A DNA stretch of 64,000 nt from the human T2T-CHM13v2.0 reference genome, Homo sapiens, in NCBI RefSeq assembly GCF_009914755.1, contig NC_060938.1. One strand, 5' to 3'. Below, one piece after another: positions 41,980 through 57,928 of this stretch (positions are counted from its first letter, which is position 1; every line of letters starts with the position of its first letter). Both the position numbers and the translations under genes were made by a program. The notes beneath the pieces are model-generated. The model saw only the letters and a program-made list of their open reading frames with translations. It ran no database searches and was not told the origin of the DNA.

Positions 41980-42570
41980 ATAAAGCCACTGGAATTCATT
42001 TCAGTATATCCCCATTCAGGCCACTTCTTACCACCAGCTTTCATTGGGGCCAGTCCAGTAGCTTCCGAACTGGTCTCCCTGCTTCCCTTTTTAGCCCTCC
42101 TACCTTCTGCTCTCCATCAAAAAGCCAGAGCTATCCTCCAAACATGTAAATCAGATCATGCCACTTCCTTCAGCAAAACCGTCTAGCTTCCCGTTACTCT
42201 TACAAATCAAATTCAGTGCCCTTCCTTAGCTCACAGGCCCTCTATGACCTGACCCTTGACTACCTTCCTGTTTCAATTACTACATCTCCTTGTCTTCACT
42301 CTGCTCCAGGAGCCTTGGCCTTTCTGCAGTTTCACAAAGGCACCACACTTTTGCTTTTGCTCCATGCTTTATTCTCTGTCTTCAAAGTCCTTCTCCCAAA
42401 TGGTCTCATGATTATTTGCTTCCTTACATTCTTTAGGTTCAAGCTCAAGTACATCTTTCAAGATGCCCTTCCTTACCCTCTGGCTAAAACAGGACCTTCC
42501 ATCGCTTTCTCTTTATTCCCTTGCACTGCTTCCATTTTGCCACAAGTACCTGTTTGCCCTTTCTTGTAGA
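41980..42570 (+). mobile_element. L2 (L2a-like); 3' end continues at ~42795-42830 and ~43537-43610
   Basis: ctggtctccctgcttcc, agccagagctatcctccaaacatgtaaatcagatcatgccact, gcactgtatccccaggacctagaacaatg. Confidence 0.8.
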
Positions 42571-42793
42571 ATAGCGCTGTCTACAGAACTTCCTGTAATG
42601 ATGGAATGTTCCATAAAAACATTAAAAATTTTGTGCTGTCCAGTAGAGTAGCCACTAGCCCCATGTGGCTACTAAGCTCTTAAAATGTGTTCAGTGAGAC
42701 TGAGGAATGGAATTTTTAATATTATTTAATTTTAATTAAATTTAAATAGCCACGTGTGACTAGTGGTCACCATATCAGGTAACACAGCTCTAG
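42571..42793. mobile_element. MER3 DNA transposon
   Basis: gcgctgtctacagaacttcctgtaatgatggaatgttc...gtagccactagccccatgtggcta...tagccacgtgtgactagtgg. Confidence 0.85.
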
Positions 42794-42828
42794 CATCTAG
42801 GATCCATAAGGACAAAGACCTGTCTGTC

Positions 42829-43521
42829 TTTTTTTTTTTTTTAATTATACTTTAAGTTCTAGGGTACATATGCACAATATGCAGGTTTGTTACATATGTA
42901 TACATGTGCCATGTTGGTGTGCTGCCATGTTGGAGTCCCATTAACTCATCATTTACATTAGGTATATCACCTAATGCTATCCCTCCCCCCTCCCCCAACC
43001 CCACGACACATGAGAGGCCCCTGTGTGTGATGTTCCGCATCCTGGGTCCAGGTGTTCTCACTGTTCAATTCCCACCTATGAGTGAGAACATGCGGTGTTT
43101 GGTTTTCTGTCCTTGCGATAGTTTGCTCAGAATGATGGTTTCCAGCTTCATCTATGTCCCTACAAAGGGCATGAACTCATCCTTTTTTATGGCTGCATAG
43201 TATTCCATGGTGTATATGTGCCACATTTTGTTAATCCAGTCTATCATTGATGGACATTTGGGTTGGTTCCAAGTCTTTGCTATTGTGAATAGTGCCACAA
43301 CAAACATACCTGTGCATGTGTCTTTATAGCAGCATGATTTATAATCCTTTGGGTATATACCCAGTAATGGGATCAGGGATTTCTAGTTCTAGATCCTTGA
43401 GGAACCACCACACTGTCTTCCACAATGGTTGAACTAGTTTACAGTCCCACCAACAGTGTAAAAGTGTTCCTATTTCTCCACATCCTCTCCAGCACCTTTT
43501 GTTTCCTGACTTTTTAATGAT
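42829..43521 (-). mobile_element. 5'-truncated primate L1PA (L1PA4/5-like) 3' end
   Basis: ttattatactttaagttctagggtacat-like start, poly-T; TSD gacctgtctgtcttt (42817-42831) / gacttgtctgttttt (43522-43536). Confidence 0.93.
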
Positions 43522-44483
43522 GACTTGTCTGTTTTTAGCACTGTATCCCCAGGACCTAGAACAATGTTTAGTATACAGGAAGTACTGACCAAAAAAGTTG
43601 TTGAATTTAATAAGTGACTAGAGCATTAGCTATGAAATCAAGTGACTTGGCCTGCAGTCCCAATGATTAGGTTGGTGCTGTCATGCAAATAACTTGATGA
43701 TCTCTCTTTCATAAAATGGCTTTTCCTATATAACTCCTCTTTTGGATGATAGTCATATAAGAGCTGTACATAATAATATATTCAGAACTACAAAATGCAG
43801 GAACATATTAAGGCATTGTTACTATTTCTGGAGGGAGGAGATCATGGTAATGATTGTTCTGGTGATGCTGGGAGGATAGGGAATAGGACTGAGAACTTTT
43901 AATTGTATTTCCTGAGCACAATATTAAATGCAAAATTTTCTTATTTTGATTAATTATCTTCTCCCTTCTATTGTTTATAGTCTTGGCTTTTTACACCCTC
44001 ATGGGGACAAGCTGCACATCTGTTTACATCATGCCTTTTTAACAAGATTCAATAAATGATGTGTGCCTGTGCATGTTTATTAAATTAGAATTGCAATGAT
44101 TTTATTCAGTCTGTTAGAAGGCTAGGAAATTGTAAGGCACCGTCTGTTTATGTAAGTATTGCAGCCAGTTTTCTAGGGCTTGAGCCAGGGGAATGCTTTT
44201 GGCCTCCTGGCTGGTCATTCTTGAGGGAGAGTATGGATTTGTTGGAATAGGAGGGACATCCAGAGGTGGCTGAGCCATTTGGGCCATTCTGCAAATAGGC
44301 TTCGCCTAAATCATCTGAGACATGTGGGCATCTTTCCTACTTTTAAAGGCCTCCATTTACAGTGACTCTCAGCCTTCCTTAATAGCAGTTTTCATTGTTG
44401 AGAAATACATATTATTAAATGCATATTATTAAAAAGTTTGAGATGAATTTAAACAAAGGTGAAACACTTGTCCCAAAACAAGA

Positions 44484-44571
44484 ATATATATATGTATATA
44501 TATGTGTATATATATGTGTATATATATATATGTATATATATACGTGTGTGTGTGTGTGTGTGCGTGTGTGT
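44484..44571 (+). repeat. Compound (TA)n/(TG)n microsatellite
   Basis: About 88 bp of continuous purine-pyrimidine alternation. Confidence 0.95.
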
Positions 44572-44703
44572 ATTTCTTGAATACATCTGAGACAAGAATT
44601 TCTCTTTTCTTTTTTTTAACAAAGGGCACAGGGTGTGCAATTATTCTTCCTGCACCTGGACACCTTACTGGGCATTTTCTTTCTTATTTCTCGTCCCTCT
44701 AAT

Positions 44704-44885
44704 AGTACTTCTCAAAGAGTGGTCCAAAGCCAGCTTGCATCAGAATCACCTGATGTGCTTATTAATTAAACAGGTACTTTCCTGGAAACATGTAGTTTCC
44801 AAGCTGACTCTCCAGAAGCATCTTCTTTGGCCCCAAAGAAGCTGAATTTGAACAAGCTGCTTGGCTACAGTTTGAGAGCAGCCAG
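44704..44885. mobile_element. MER5-type MITE
   Basis: agtacttctcaaagagtggtcc...gcatcagaatcacctg...agtttgagagcagc. Confidence 0.7.
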
Positions 44886-45682
44886 CGTGCACTTTGTTCC
44901 TTAGCATTTGGCTGAAAGTTCTTCTTTCTTGATTAATCACATTTGATTAATCAACTTGACATCTAAGAGCAGTGAATTGTTCTCCAATCTTTGTCTAATT
45001 ATTAATACTTATTTATTAATAAGTTGTGGAGCCAAACTAGTTTATCTCCCTGAGTATCACCGGCGTAGGCAGCTGGGTTAGCAGCTGCCTAGCTGCAAGT
45101 GATTAATAAAAGCCAACTTAAGTAAATGGAACTTAGTGATAGATATGTTTTGTTTGTTTATTTCTGTAAAATTGTTTTAAAGGCCACTGTCTACTTTGGT
45201 GCCCAAATTCCTTTATGTAAAAAGAAAAGAATTGTGTTAATTTTTTTTATCTCCTCTGATTTATTGTATGACAAATTTTTATTAGTGTTTTGATGATTCT
45301 ATTATACATGTGTTCTATTAGAAGTTATCTATCCTTTTTGGATGTAGGTGAGATATAATCCACACCTATTGTACTTTAATATAAAATAAAATAAAGCAGA
45401 TTTTGAGGTTATTTGCTTTTTGTTGTTGCCTGTGGCAGTGGTCTTCTCTATTATGTTTAGAAATCTAAGGGTTGACTTTTTGAGGGTTTTATGCTGTCTG
45501 CACCATTCTGTTCATGCTTGACACTCTGCCACACAAGCCCAAGTGTAAGGCGAGGTTTCTTCTACTTCTGCAATTTTCCCTGAGAAAAAGAGGAATTTAT
45601 TTTATATTTGAGTCCTAATAAAGTTTCTCCTGTGGTGGGTCCTCTCTCAATTACTGTGTTTGAAATAAGAAAGTCCTCTTGG

Positions 45683-46081
<399 letters not shown>

Positions 46082-46971
46082 TTAAACATGAGAAACAAAG
46101 AAATTTAATATGGTATTTGATGTCATCTTAAACAAGCCACTTAAAGATGTCTTAAAAGCAGTTTGTGAGTGGAGACCATGATTATACAGCGGTAAGATGG
46201 ATTTTAAAGAAGCCAATTTGCTTTGTGATTTTATGCTTGTTGGTGTAGGATAAAATGCCCAGCAACTGTGTTATTCACAGATTCACAAATTGCTTTATTT
46301 CAAACAACTCAGATGAATATGAAGATGGTAAGCTCTGGAAAACTAAAAAAATGGTTCTCATGGTAATGAAGACATTGATGATGAAGTTACACGTGAAGGT
46401 TTGAATAAAACTGTTTAATGATATGTGAAAATTGAAAATCTTTAAATTAATATATCATTATTTTTTATAATATGTGATTTAGAATTTGTATTGTAACTAA
46501 ATTAATGTTATACATTATAATTAAACTATTATTTCATCTGCATCTCTAAAAATTAATACATTCAATTTGAGTTTAAAAACCTTTCCTTTTTATTTTCTCA
46601 TTGGGATACCCTTCAATATGTCTTTATCTTTGGGCACACAGAGGATTCTGTTTTTTCTTTCTTTTCCATCTAAATACAAACATCATGGGGGTAGAGATCC
46701 CATCTAAGTACAACTCAGATAAAGCCATTACATCACTTTCTGACACTGTTCTGTCTCCTTATAGATTCTCACTCAATTTTCCTATGGAGATGACAACTGT
46801 AGCATTTGTATGCCAGGACACATTTTGTGGTTTCATTTGTGCAAAACTTCCATTAGCTTTATTGGAGCTATTTTTTTTTTTAAAGTTCCTTCTTATCTCT
46901 CATGCTCTGTGCAAAGTAACAGGTATATGTAGAGATTAAATTGTGTCTAATCAAAGAACTTTTGGTTGCAG

Positions 46972-47064
46972 TGGGCTCCTCAAGGAGAGAAGGTGTACCT
47001 GCCCATGTTAACCTCTCTGCATCATCCATGCTAATGATTGCAATGCAGTACACATCCAATCCAG
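46972..47064 (+). CDS. UNC79: UNC79 coding exon (93 nt, phase 1 to 1): (L)GSSRREGVPAHVNLSASSMLMIAMQYTSNP(V)
   Basis: Acceptor cttttggttgcag|, donor CAG|gtaagt, frame continuity. Confidence 0.95.
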
Positions 47065-47925
47065 GTAAGTGGAAATTGGAATGGTTTGACTAATTCTAGT
47101 ACCAATAATTAAACAAGACATCAAACAAGCAGGCTAGATGTTCTCATGTGAGAACGTCATCATCATAGAGATGTGTAGAAAACAGACTTTTGAGTTGGAA
47201 TCAATTTATCTTGCCTATTGCTATTAGCAGTGATCCTGCAGGCTAGTGATATTTTTAGAATATTTGAGGACACAATTTTAGACATTGACTGGAAATGGAT
47301 TGAATATAAGTATACAGAAATAGTAAAATTAGAAACATAAAAATCACCTGCAATTCTAAGAACAAAAGATAACCACTGTTAATATTTTGGTAAATTGGCT
47401 ACCCCAATACACCCAAGTATCCTTAAACATAAACCTTTCACTATATTTCTGATTATTTCCTTAGAATAAACCAACAAAAGAGGGATTAATGAGTTAAAGG
47501 ACTTGAGAAATTTTCAATATTTCCAATAGTATGTGAAAGTACTTGTCTCATTGTGATTTGTCATTATTATTATAAAATTTGTGTAGAGTTAGACAGATGA
47601 ATATTAATATCTCTTTGTTTTGATTTGTAGTTCTTCCATTACTAGTGATGTTGGACAGATTTTCACATTTACTCTGTTTGATTTCCATTTGTCAGTATAA
47701 TTGCAGATAACTTTGGAAAACTGACCAAAACATGTGCTAACATGTAAACTCATTTTTATTTTCATTTAGTGTTTATTTGGAAAGTAAACAAATCCAGTGA
47801 CACTGTGGTTTTTTTTTGCTATCTACTTAATTACTTAATAAATAGTAATTGAACTTCTGACTCAGAATGAGGAAAAATTTTTTATTTCAAAATCTGAATG
47901 CTTCTTAGTTTGGAGTGTCATCTTC

Positions 47926-50569
<2,644 letters not shown>

Positions 50570-50789
50570 TTCTTTAAGTATGAAATCTCTTATGATTATT
50601 ATATAGATATAATTAAAATATATATATGGGGAAATTATATCTTATATATCTGTCTGGCTTAAAATAATCAAAATACTATATTTATTATATATTATGTCCT
50701 TAATAAAACCATTTATTTGGAATCTAGTTAATTAGAGTCTCATCATGCCAGTCTGGTCCAAATTTCTAAGCTAGTTGGGTAGTAAAGCA

Positions 50790-51020
50790 GGGTGCTTTGA
50801 GATTAGTCGTATGTGGATTCACATCTGAGCTTACCTGCAAATTGCCAGTTAGTGAACTTGAGCAAGTTTTTTACCCCCTGAAACCAAGTGTCCTCATCTA
50901 TAAAATGGAAATAATTCTTCTTGCAGTACTTTAAAATGCTGCTGTGAAGATTTAATGGGTTACATATATGTAAAGTGCTTACTTTAGTGACTGACAAATT
51001 GTAAATTCTCAATAAATACT
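50790..51020 (+). mobile_element. MIR
   Basis: gtgaacttgagcaagtttttt...tcctcatctataaaatggaaataat...tatgtaaagtgctta. Confidence 0.8.
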
Positions 51021-51563
51021 GAATCCCTACAATTTGCCATTTTCTTCTTGGAGTTGAATGTTGAGTTGAATGTTTCACTGGAAAACTACTGTGGTCAGGT
51101 AGAGTTGCATCTGTTATTTTAAAATCTGTATCTTCATTTGTTCATGAGGAAATGTTTATAACCAGCTACTGTATACTAGGAATCATAGTTGGGACCCAAA
51201 ACTAGTCTTGTGATATAGGAAGCACTTAAGCGAGGCAATATCCACCAGGGGCTCTCTGGGACCAAGTGGTAGGTCATGGTTCTGTTGTTTGAATTTTTAT
51301 TGGAAGAAGCACAACTGGCAACTTGGTCCTTGTAGCTGATTGTGTATCAAGGATAGAACACAATCCTTACTTAAGTAACCAGCATTCATTGAGCACCTTC
51401 TATATACAGGGCTTTGTGCTAGGCATTGTGAAAACCACACAAAAACATAAGATATGGTACTTGCTATGAAGCTTATGTCTAATTGGGAAGATCAGGCATA
51501 TTTACATAAATCATTAGTTAACAATGTAATGTAGTACATAGGAGTACTAAATAAATATATTAG

Positions 51564-51961
<398 letters not shown>

Positions 51962-53180
51962 TGGACAGAGTTTTTATTGATAAGGTAAATGGGGCATTCT
52001 GGGAGGGGAAGCTGTTTTAACAAAGGAACTGTCCAGGTATGTTCATGGGTCAGTGATGGCTCTGAACAACGTTCATATAGCAGACCTGTGGAGATCAGCA
52101 GACACTATGTACAAGAAAGTGTCTTGGAACATCTGCACTTGAGAATTCAGTGATGGCTTAAGACCAAATTTCCAATTCTAGAGCAACCATTCAATCAGTA
52201 GTCACTGAGTATCCACCATGTACTGGGCACTGGGGGCTCCATGGTTAGTGACATGGGACTGACCCCATCCTCATCTCAGGAAGCTTATCGTATGGTCGGG
52301 TTGAGAGGCGAGAAGACAATCAAATAATCATAAAATCAAGTGTAAAATTTTGCTTGTGACAAGTGCTTCAAGTATGTTATACTATAAGATGTTATAAAAG
52401 GAAATTTTGCTTTTATTGAGGAAGTCAGGAGGGCTTCTTTGAGGAAGTAACCTTTGGTTTGAGAACTGCAGGATGAATAATGTGAACAAGGCCTACAAGG
52501 TGGGGCGGTTCAGGAAGAGGAATCTCATGTGTCACGGGGGAGTCTGGCAAACAGCTGAGACTGAAGGATCAGTGTAGCTGGAACTCAGAGTGAGGGCTCC
52601 CTGGTGTGACACTAGACTTAAGAGTTCCATGGGCTGGAACATGCAGGGTGTTGTGAGCTATGTTAGGGAGGCCTGCGTTTATTCCAAATCTGATGGGAAG
52701 CTGCTGAACGGCTTTGAGTGGGCTGTGGTGTCTGTCACCCCTGCTGCAGTTGAGAACGGATTGAGAAGAAGCCAGGTTGGATATAGATTGACCTGGAAGG
52801 AGGTCATTGCATTTGCGTAAGCACTTCAAAGGCAGGGACAATTGAAACTGAAGAATAAGCAGATCTTTCTGAAAGCTATTTAGGAAGTAAAATTGATAGG
52901 ACTTGGTAACATATTGGCTAGAGTGGGTTTCTGGATGCACTAACTGGATGCATGGTGGTCATATTAGTTTGTTGTTGCACTGCTATAAAGAAATACCTGA
53001 GACTGGGTAATTTATAAAGAAAAGAAGTGTCATTGAGTCATGGTTCTGTAGGCTGTACAGGAAGCATAGTGGCTCCTGTCTCTAAGGGAGGCCTCAGAAA
53101 ACTCATAATCATGGTAGAAGGCAAAGGGGAAGCACGTCTTACATGGCTGGAGCAGGAGGAAGAGAGAGAAGGGGAAGTGC

Positions 53181-53183
<3 letters not shown>

Positions 53184-53225
<42 letters not shown>
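53184..53225. repeat. Perfect (AT)21
   Basis: Seen directly, at the tail end of an Alu. Confidence 0.95.
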
Positions 53226-53510
<285 letters not shown>

Positions 53511-54098
53511 GGTGCCACACACTTTTAAACAACCAGATCTTGTGAGAACTCTATCATGAGAACAGCACCAAAGGGATGGTGCTAAACCATTCATGAAGGA
53601 CCCACCCCCATGATCCAATCACCTTCTGCCAGGCCCCACCTCCAACACTGGGGATTACAACTGAACATGAGATTTGGTGGGGACACAGATGCAAACTGTA
53701 ACAGTGGTTCTACTCACTGATACTGGAGGCATTGGAAGAAGAAGATCAGGCCTCTGAGGGAAGATCTTGAGATCTGTTTCAGACGTGTTGTGTTCACAGT
53801 ATCTTTGAGACACCTAATAGGAGCTGGTAATTAGGTAGTTGTATTATGGGTCTGGAGCTCAGAACAGAGCTTTGGACTAGAGATAATGAACTTTGAGCCC
53901 ACACACAAGTGTCCAGTGACCTTCACTGAATTGCATATAGATGGCTGCTGAAGTTGTGTGTGAGTGTGAGATTGCTTAGGGGAGAGCAGAGAATGAAAGA
54001 AATGTGGAGTGGTTCTGTGATTAGGCCTTCAGAAACTTCAACAGATAATGGCCCAGTGGAAGAGGATGAGCTCTCCAAAGAGACAGAGAGGTTGCATC

Positions 54099-54895
54099 TG
54101 TTAAGATGTCTTTGGCTGACAGAGGCTTTAAAGTATAAACACATTGGTTGTTTACTTAATAGGAAGTCCTGAAGATAGCTCCACAATATCAGGGGGCTGA
54201 GATCTTGGAATTCCCCTCATGTTTGCAAGAAAGCTGCCACTGTGGAGGTTATTATAACCTCGTATAACTACAAAACAGGTAATAGGATCAAGCAGAGTCA
54301 TTAAGAGAAAAGTCTCCTGGTGTACCTCTTTCGTTTTATCAGAGGGAGAAAGTATGTCTCAGAAGCTCCCCAGCAGATTTTCTCTTCATTCTTACTGTCC
54401 AGAACTGAGTCACGTGGCCATCTCTAGCTGCAAGGGGCTTTGGGAAAGCATCTTGCTTTTGTAGTCTGTGTATTGGTGTATTAGTCCGTTTTTACACTGC
54501 TATAAAGAACTGCCAGAGACTGAGTAATTTATAAAGAAAAGAGGTTTAATTGACTCCCAGTTCCGCATGGCTGGGGAGGCCTCAGGAAACTTATAATCAT
54601 GGTAGAAGGTGAAGGGGAAGCAAAGACCTTCTTCACATGGTGGCAGCAAGTGCAGGGAAAACTGCCTTTATGAAACCATCAGATCTCGGGAGAACTCACT
54701 CACTATCACGGGAACAGCATGGGGCAAACTGCCCCCACGATCCAATCACTTCCCATTAGGTTTCTTCCTAAAACCTGGGGATTACAATTCAAGATGAGAT
54801 TTGGGTGGGGACACAGCTTAACCATATCAATTGGCAAATGGACAAGAAAAAAAGGGTGTTGACAGCAGTTGAGTAGCAATAGTGTTGTCCACCAC
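54099..54895 (-). mobile_element. Old MaLR LTR (MLT1J/I-like) split by THE1
   Basis: cagaagctccccagcagattttctcttcattcttactgtccagaactgagtcacgtggccatctctagctgcaaggg; boundaries approximate. Confidence 0.65.
54477..54829 (-). mobile_element. THE1-type solo LTR (THE1D-like)
   Basis: TG...CA ends, 5-bp TSD attgg; ggctggggaggcctcaggaaactta, gatgagatttgggtggggacacag. Confidence 0.92.
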
Positions 54896-55729
54896 AGGTG
54901 ACGGGAGGGTCATTCATATGAAGCCAAGGAGTGTTTCAAAAAGGAGACAGTAGTCAGCACTACTGAATGTGGCTGAAAAGTCAAGTAAGATGAGGACTGG
55001 AAAATGTCCATTGGATTGAAGGACACGGAGGTCATTGGTGAATAAAGTGTGAACTGCTTCAATGTCAGCATAGGCCTGGAATATAGATTAGGGAAGGTAT
55101 CAAAAGGCATCTAACTAGGTTGAAAGAATCTTTGTTCCCCAAGTGAAGATAGGCAAATCAAGGAAGCTTGCTGTCATGTAGCTTTTAAAAATTCCTCTAT
55201 AAGATGGAACTGATGATGAAATTATAAAACCCCACTCTAATCCATCAAGTCTGTCACTTCCTATCCATTCAACCTTGGGCAAGTTGGAAACTGAGGCTTA
55301 GTTTCCTAACTGCACCATAGCAATTGTGAGATAATACATATAAAGCTCTTTCTACGGTATCTAGCAAATAATGAATGCTCAATAAATGTGAGCTTTTATT
55401 ATGATTCTGTTGGGCTAGTTTTTTTTCTTATGTAGATCTTATGTTGATACAAGTTTATTTTATGAATGTATGATTACTACCGACATTAAAAATATTTCCA
55501 TTGTTAACATGAAGCATGAAATACTTCTCAAGGACCTTGGGACAAAGCTTGATAAAGTCAAGGGCTTATGTGATATTTTTTAAGTATGAATATATGGAGA
55601 GAAGTTATTTCTAATTTAATGATTAGAGACTGAAAAGTCATATTGAAGTAATTTCTTATATATGTATATCAAAGGATGTTTTGTCTGGTATTTACATTTC
55701 ATGTATGAATTACATTTTCTACATTACAG

Positions 55730-55785
55730 TGTATCATTGTCAATTACTGGAATGCCTCATGAAATATAAACAAGAAGTCTGGAAA
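55730..55785 (+). CDS. UNC79: UNC79 coding exon (56 nt, phase 1 to 0): (V)YHCQLLECLMKYKQEVWK
   Basis: Acceptor ttttctacattacag|, donor AAA|gtaagt; peptide visible within ORF 55681..55974. Confidence 0.95.
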
Positions 55786-56475
55786 GTAAGTTTTGGGTCA
55801 AATTTAACCCATAGTCACAAACTTAATTTGTATAATACAGTAAAAACTGTTTACGTATTAAAACTGTTGTTTAGGTCAAATTTATTGACGTCCTATTATT
55901 TTGATGTGGCAGAACCTATAATTCTTTCTTTAATGGTTAATTATTTATCATTTAGAGCAGAAATGGTACTTTAAGAACATCGTGTCTTGACGGATAAAGT
56001 AATTGAATGTATCTTATTCTTGGAATTAAGCTAATATTATATGTTATGACAAACAATTTTATTTAATTTGAAAGATTGCTTGAGAATGTGTCCTCTTTCA
56101 AATAGGAGATGTGAATGTTTAAGAAATGTGATTAGGGAAATGTTTTTTCAAATATGGTATTTGGCAAACTGTCTTGTGCTATTCTAAAATCTTTCTTTAG
56201 CATCAATCTGATTAGAGATCAATTTGTTAGAAGATAAAGTACTTTGTACTCTACCTGTGAGGGCTCATTTACAGAAGGACCAGTAAATAAATAAATCATG
56301 AAAATATAATGTTTTGACGTGATCTAATCTATGAAACATGTCTGCATGAGATTCCAGGGAAATTACTCACCTCAATCCCTCCATTAGAATTTTCACTGCT
56401 TTGGTAATGTTGAAGTCTCTACCTTTCTTTTTATTTCATGATGCTAAGTCAAAATATGCTTGCTGTTTCCTTTAG

Positions 56476-56605
56476 GATCTTTTGTATGTGATTGCGTATG
56501 GGCCTTCACAAGTGAAGCCTCCAGCTGTGCAAATGCTTTTCCACTACTGGCCCAATTTAAAACCTCCTGGGGCAATAAGCGAGTACAGGGGGTTGCAGTA
56601 CACAG
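56476..56605 (+). CDS. UNC79: UNC79 coding exon (130 nt, phase 0 to 1): DLLYVIAYGPSQVKPPAVQMLFHYWPNLKPPGAISEYRGLQYT(A)
   Basis: Acceptor tgctgtttcctttag|, donor CAG|gtaaga, open frame. Confidence 0.96.
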
Positions 56606-57023
56606 GTAAGAGGAGAGGAGCCCTGTGATGCCCCATCTGTATTTCTCCTGTGCCACACTGGCCTCACCTACTTATACATACATTTTTATCTTGCTGGATT
56701 ATATTTTCTATGCCTTTGGACATGGTCATAAATCCTTTCTGAAACTAAGTGGTTTAAAGATGAATTAATTCAAATCAATTTCAAAAGCATTTATGGCCTC
56801 AGGGCAAATTGCCTTAAGTCTCAGTCCCATTTGCTGTACCACTGGCTGAGGGTCTTAACTCTGGCTACCATTAATCACTCCACAGGGATGAGCAGTGAGA
56901 GTGATGCTGCAAATTTGCTCATCATTTAGCAGAAACCCCAACTAGCAGATTCTGCTCTGATAAGAAGACTTGCAGCACTTTCAATATCACCAGCTCATGC
57001 ACTAAATAAAAATTAAATGACCC

Positions 57024-57310
<287 letters not shown>

Positions 57311-57328
57311 AATTAAGTGACCCCGATA

Positions 57329-57626
57329 GGCTGGGTGCAGTGGCTCATGTCTGTAGTAATCTCAGCACTTTGGGAGGCTGAGATGGGCGGTTCGCCTGAG
57401 GTCCAGAGTTTGAGACCAGCCTGGCCAACATGTAAAAATTAGCCAGTTTTGTTGCTTGTGCCTGTAATCCCAGCTACTCAGGAGGCTGAGGCAGAATAAT
57501 CACTTGAACCCAGGAGGAGGAGGTTGCAATGAGCCAAGATTGTGCCACTGCACTCCAGCCTGGGTGACTGAGCCAGACTCTGTCTCAATAATAATAATAA
57601 TAATAATAAATAAAAAATAAAAAATA
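57329..57626 (+). mobile_element. AluS with deletion of the left-arm end and linker; (AAT)n tail
   Basis: ccaacatg joined directly to taaaaattagcc. Confidence 0.9.
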
Positions 57627-57928
57627 GGTCAGGCGTGGTGGCTCACACCTGTAATCCCAGCAGTTCGGGAGGCCTAGGCGGGTGGATCACAAGGTCAGGA
57701 GATTGAGACCATCCTGGCCAACATGGTGAAACCCCGTCTCTACTAAAAATACAAAAAAATTTTAGCCGGACGTGGTGGCACGTGCCTCTAGTCCCGGCTG
57801 CTTGGGAGGCTGAGGCAGGAGAATCACTTGAACCTAGGAGGCAGAGGCTGTGGTGAGCCGAGATCAAGCCACTGCATTCCAGCCCGGGTGACAGAGTGAG
57901 ACTCTGTCTCAAAAAACAAACAAAAAAA
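57627..57928 (+). mobile_element. AluSc-like
   Basis: Full dimer directly after the tail of the previous Alu. Confidence 0.93.

Noticed and set aside
55681-55974. 97-aa ORF
   Set aside because: Only 55730-55785 is exon; the rest is intronic read-through.
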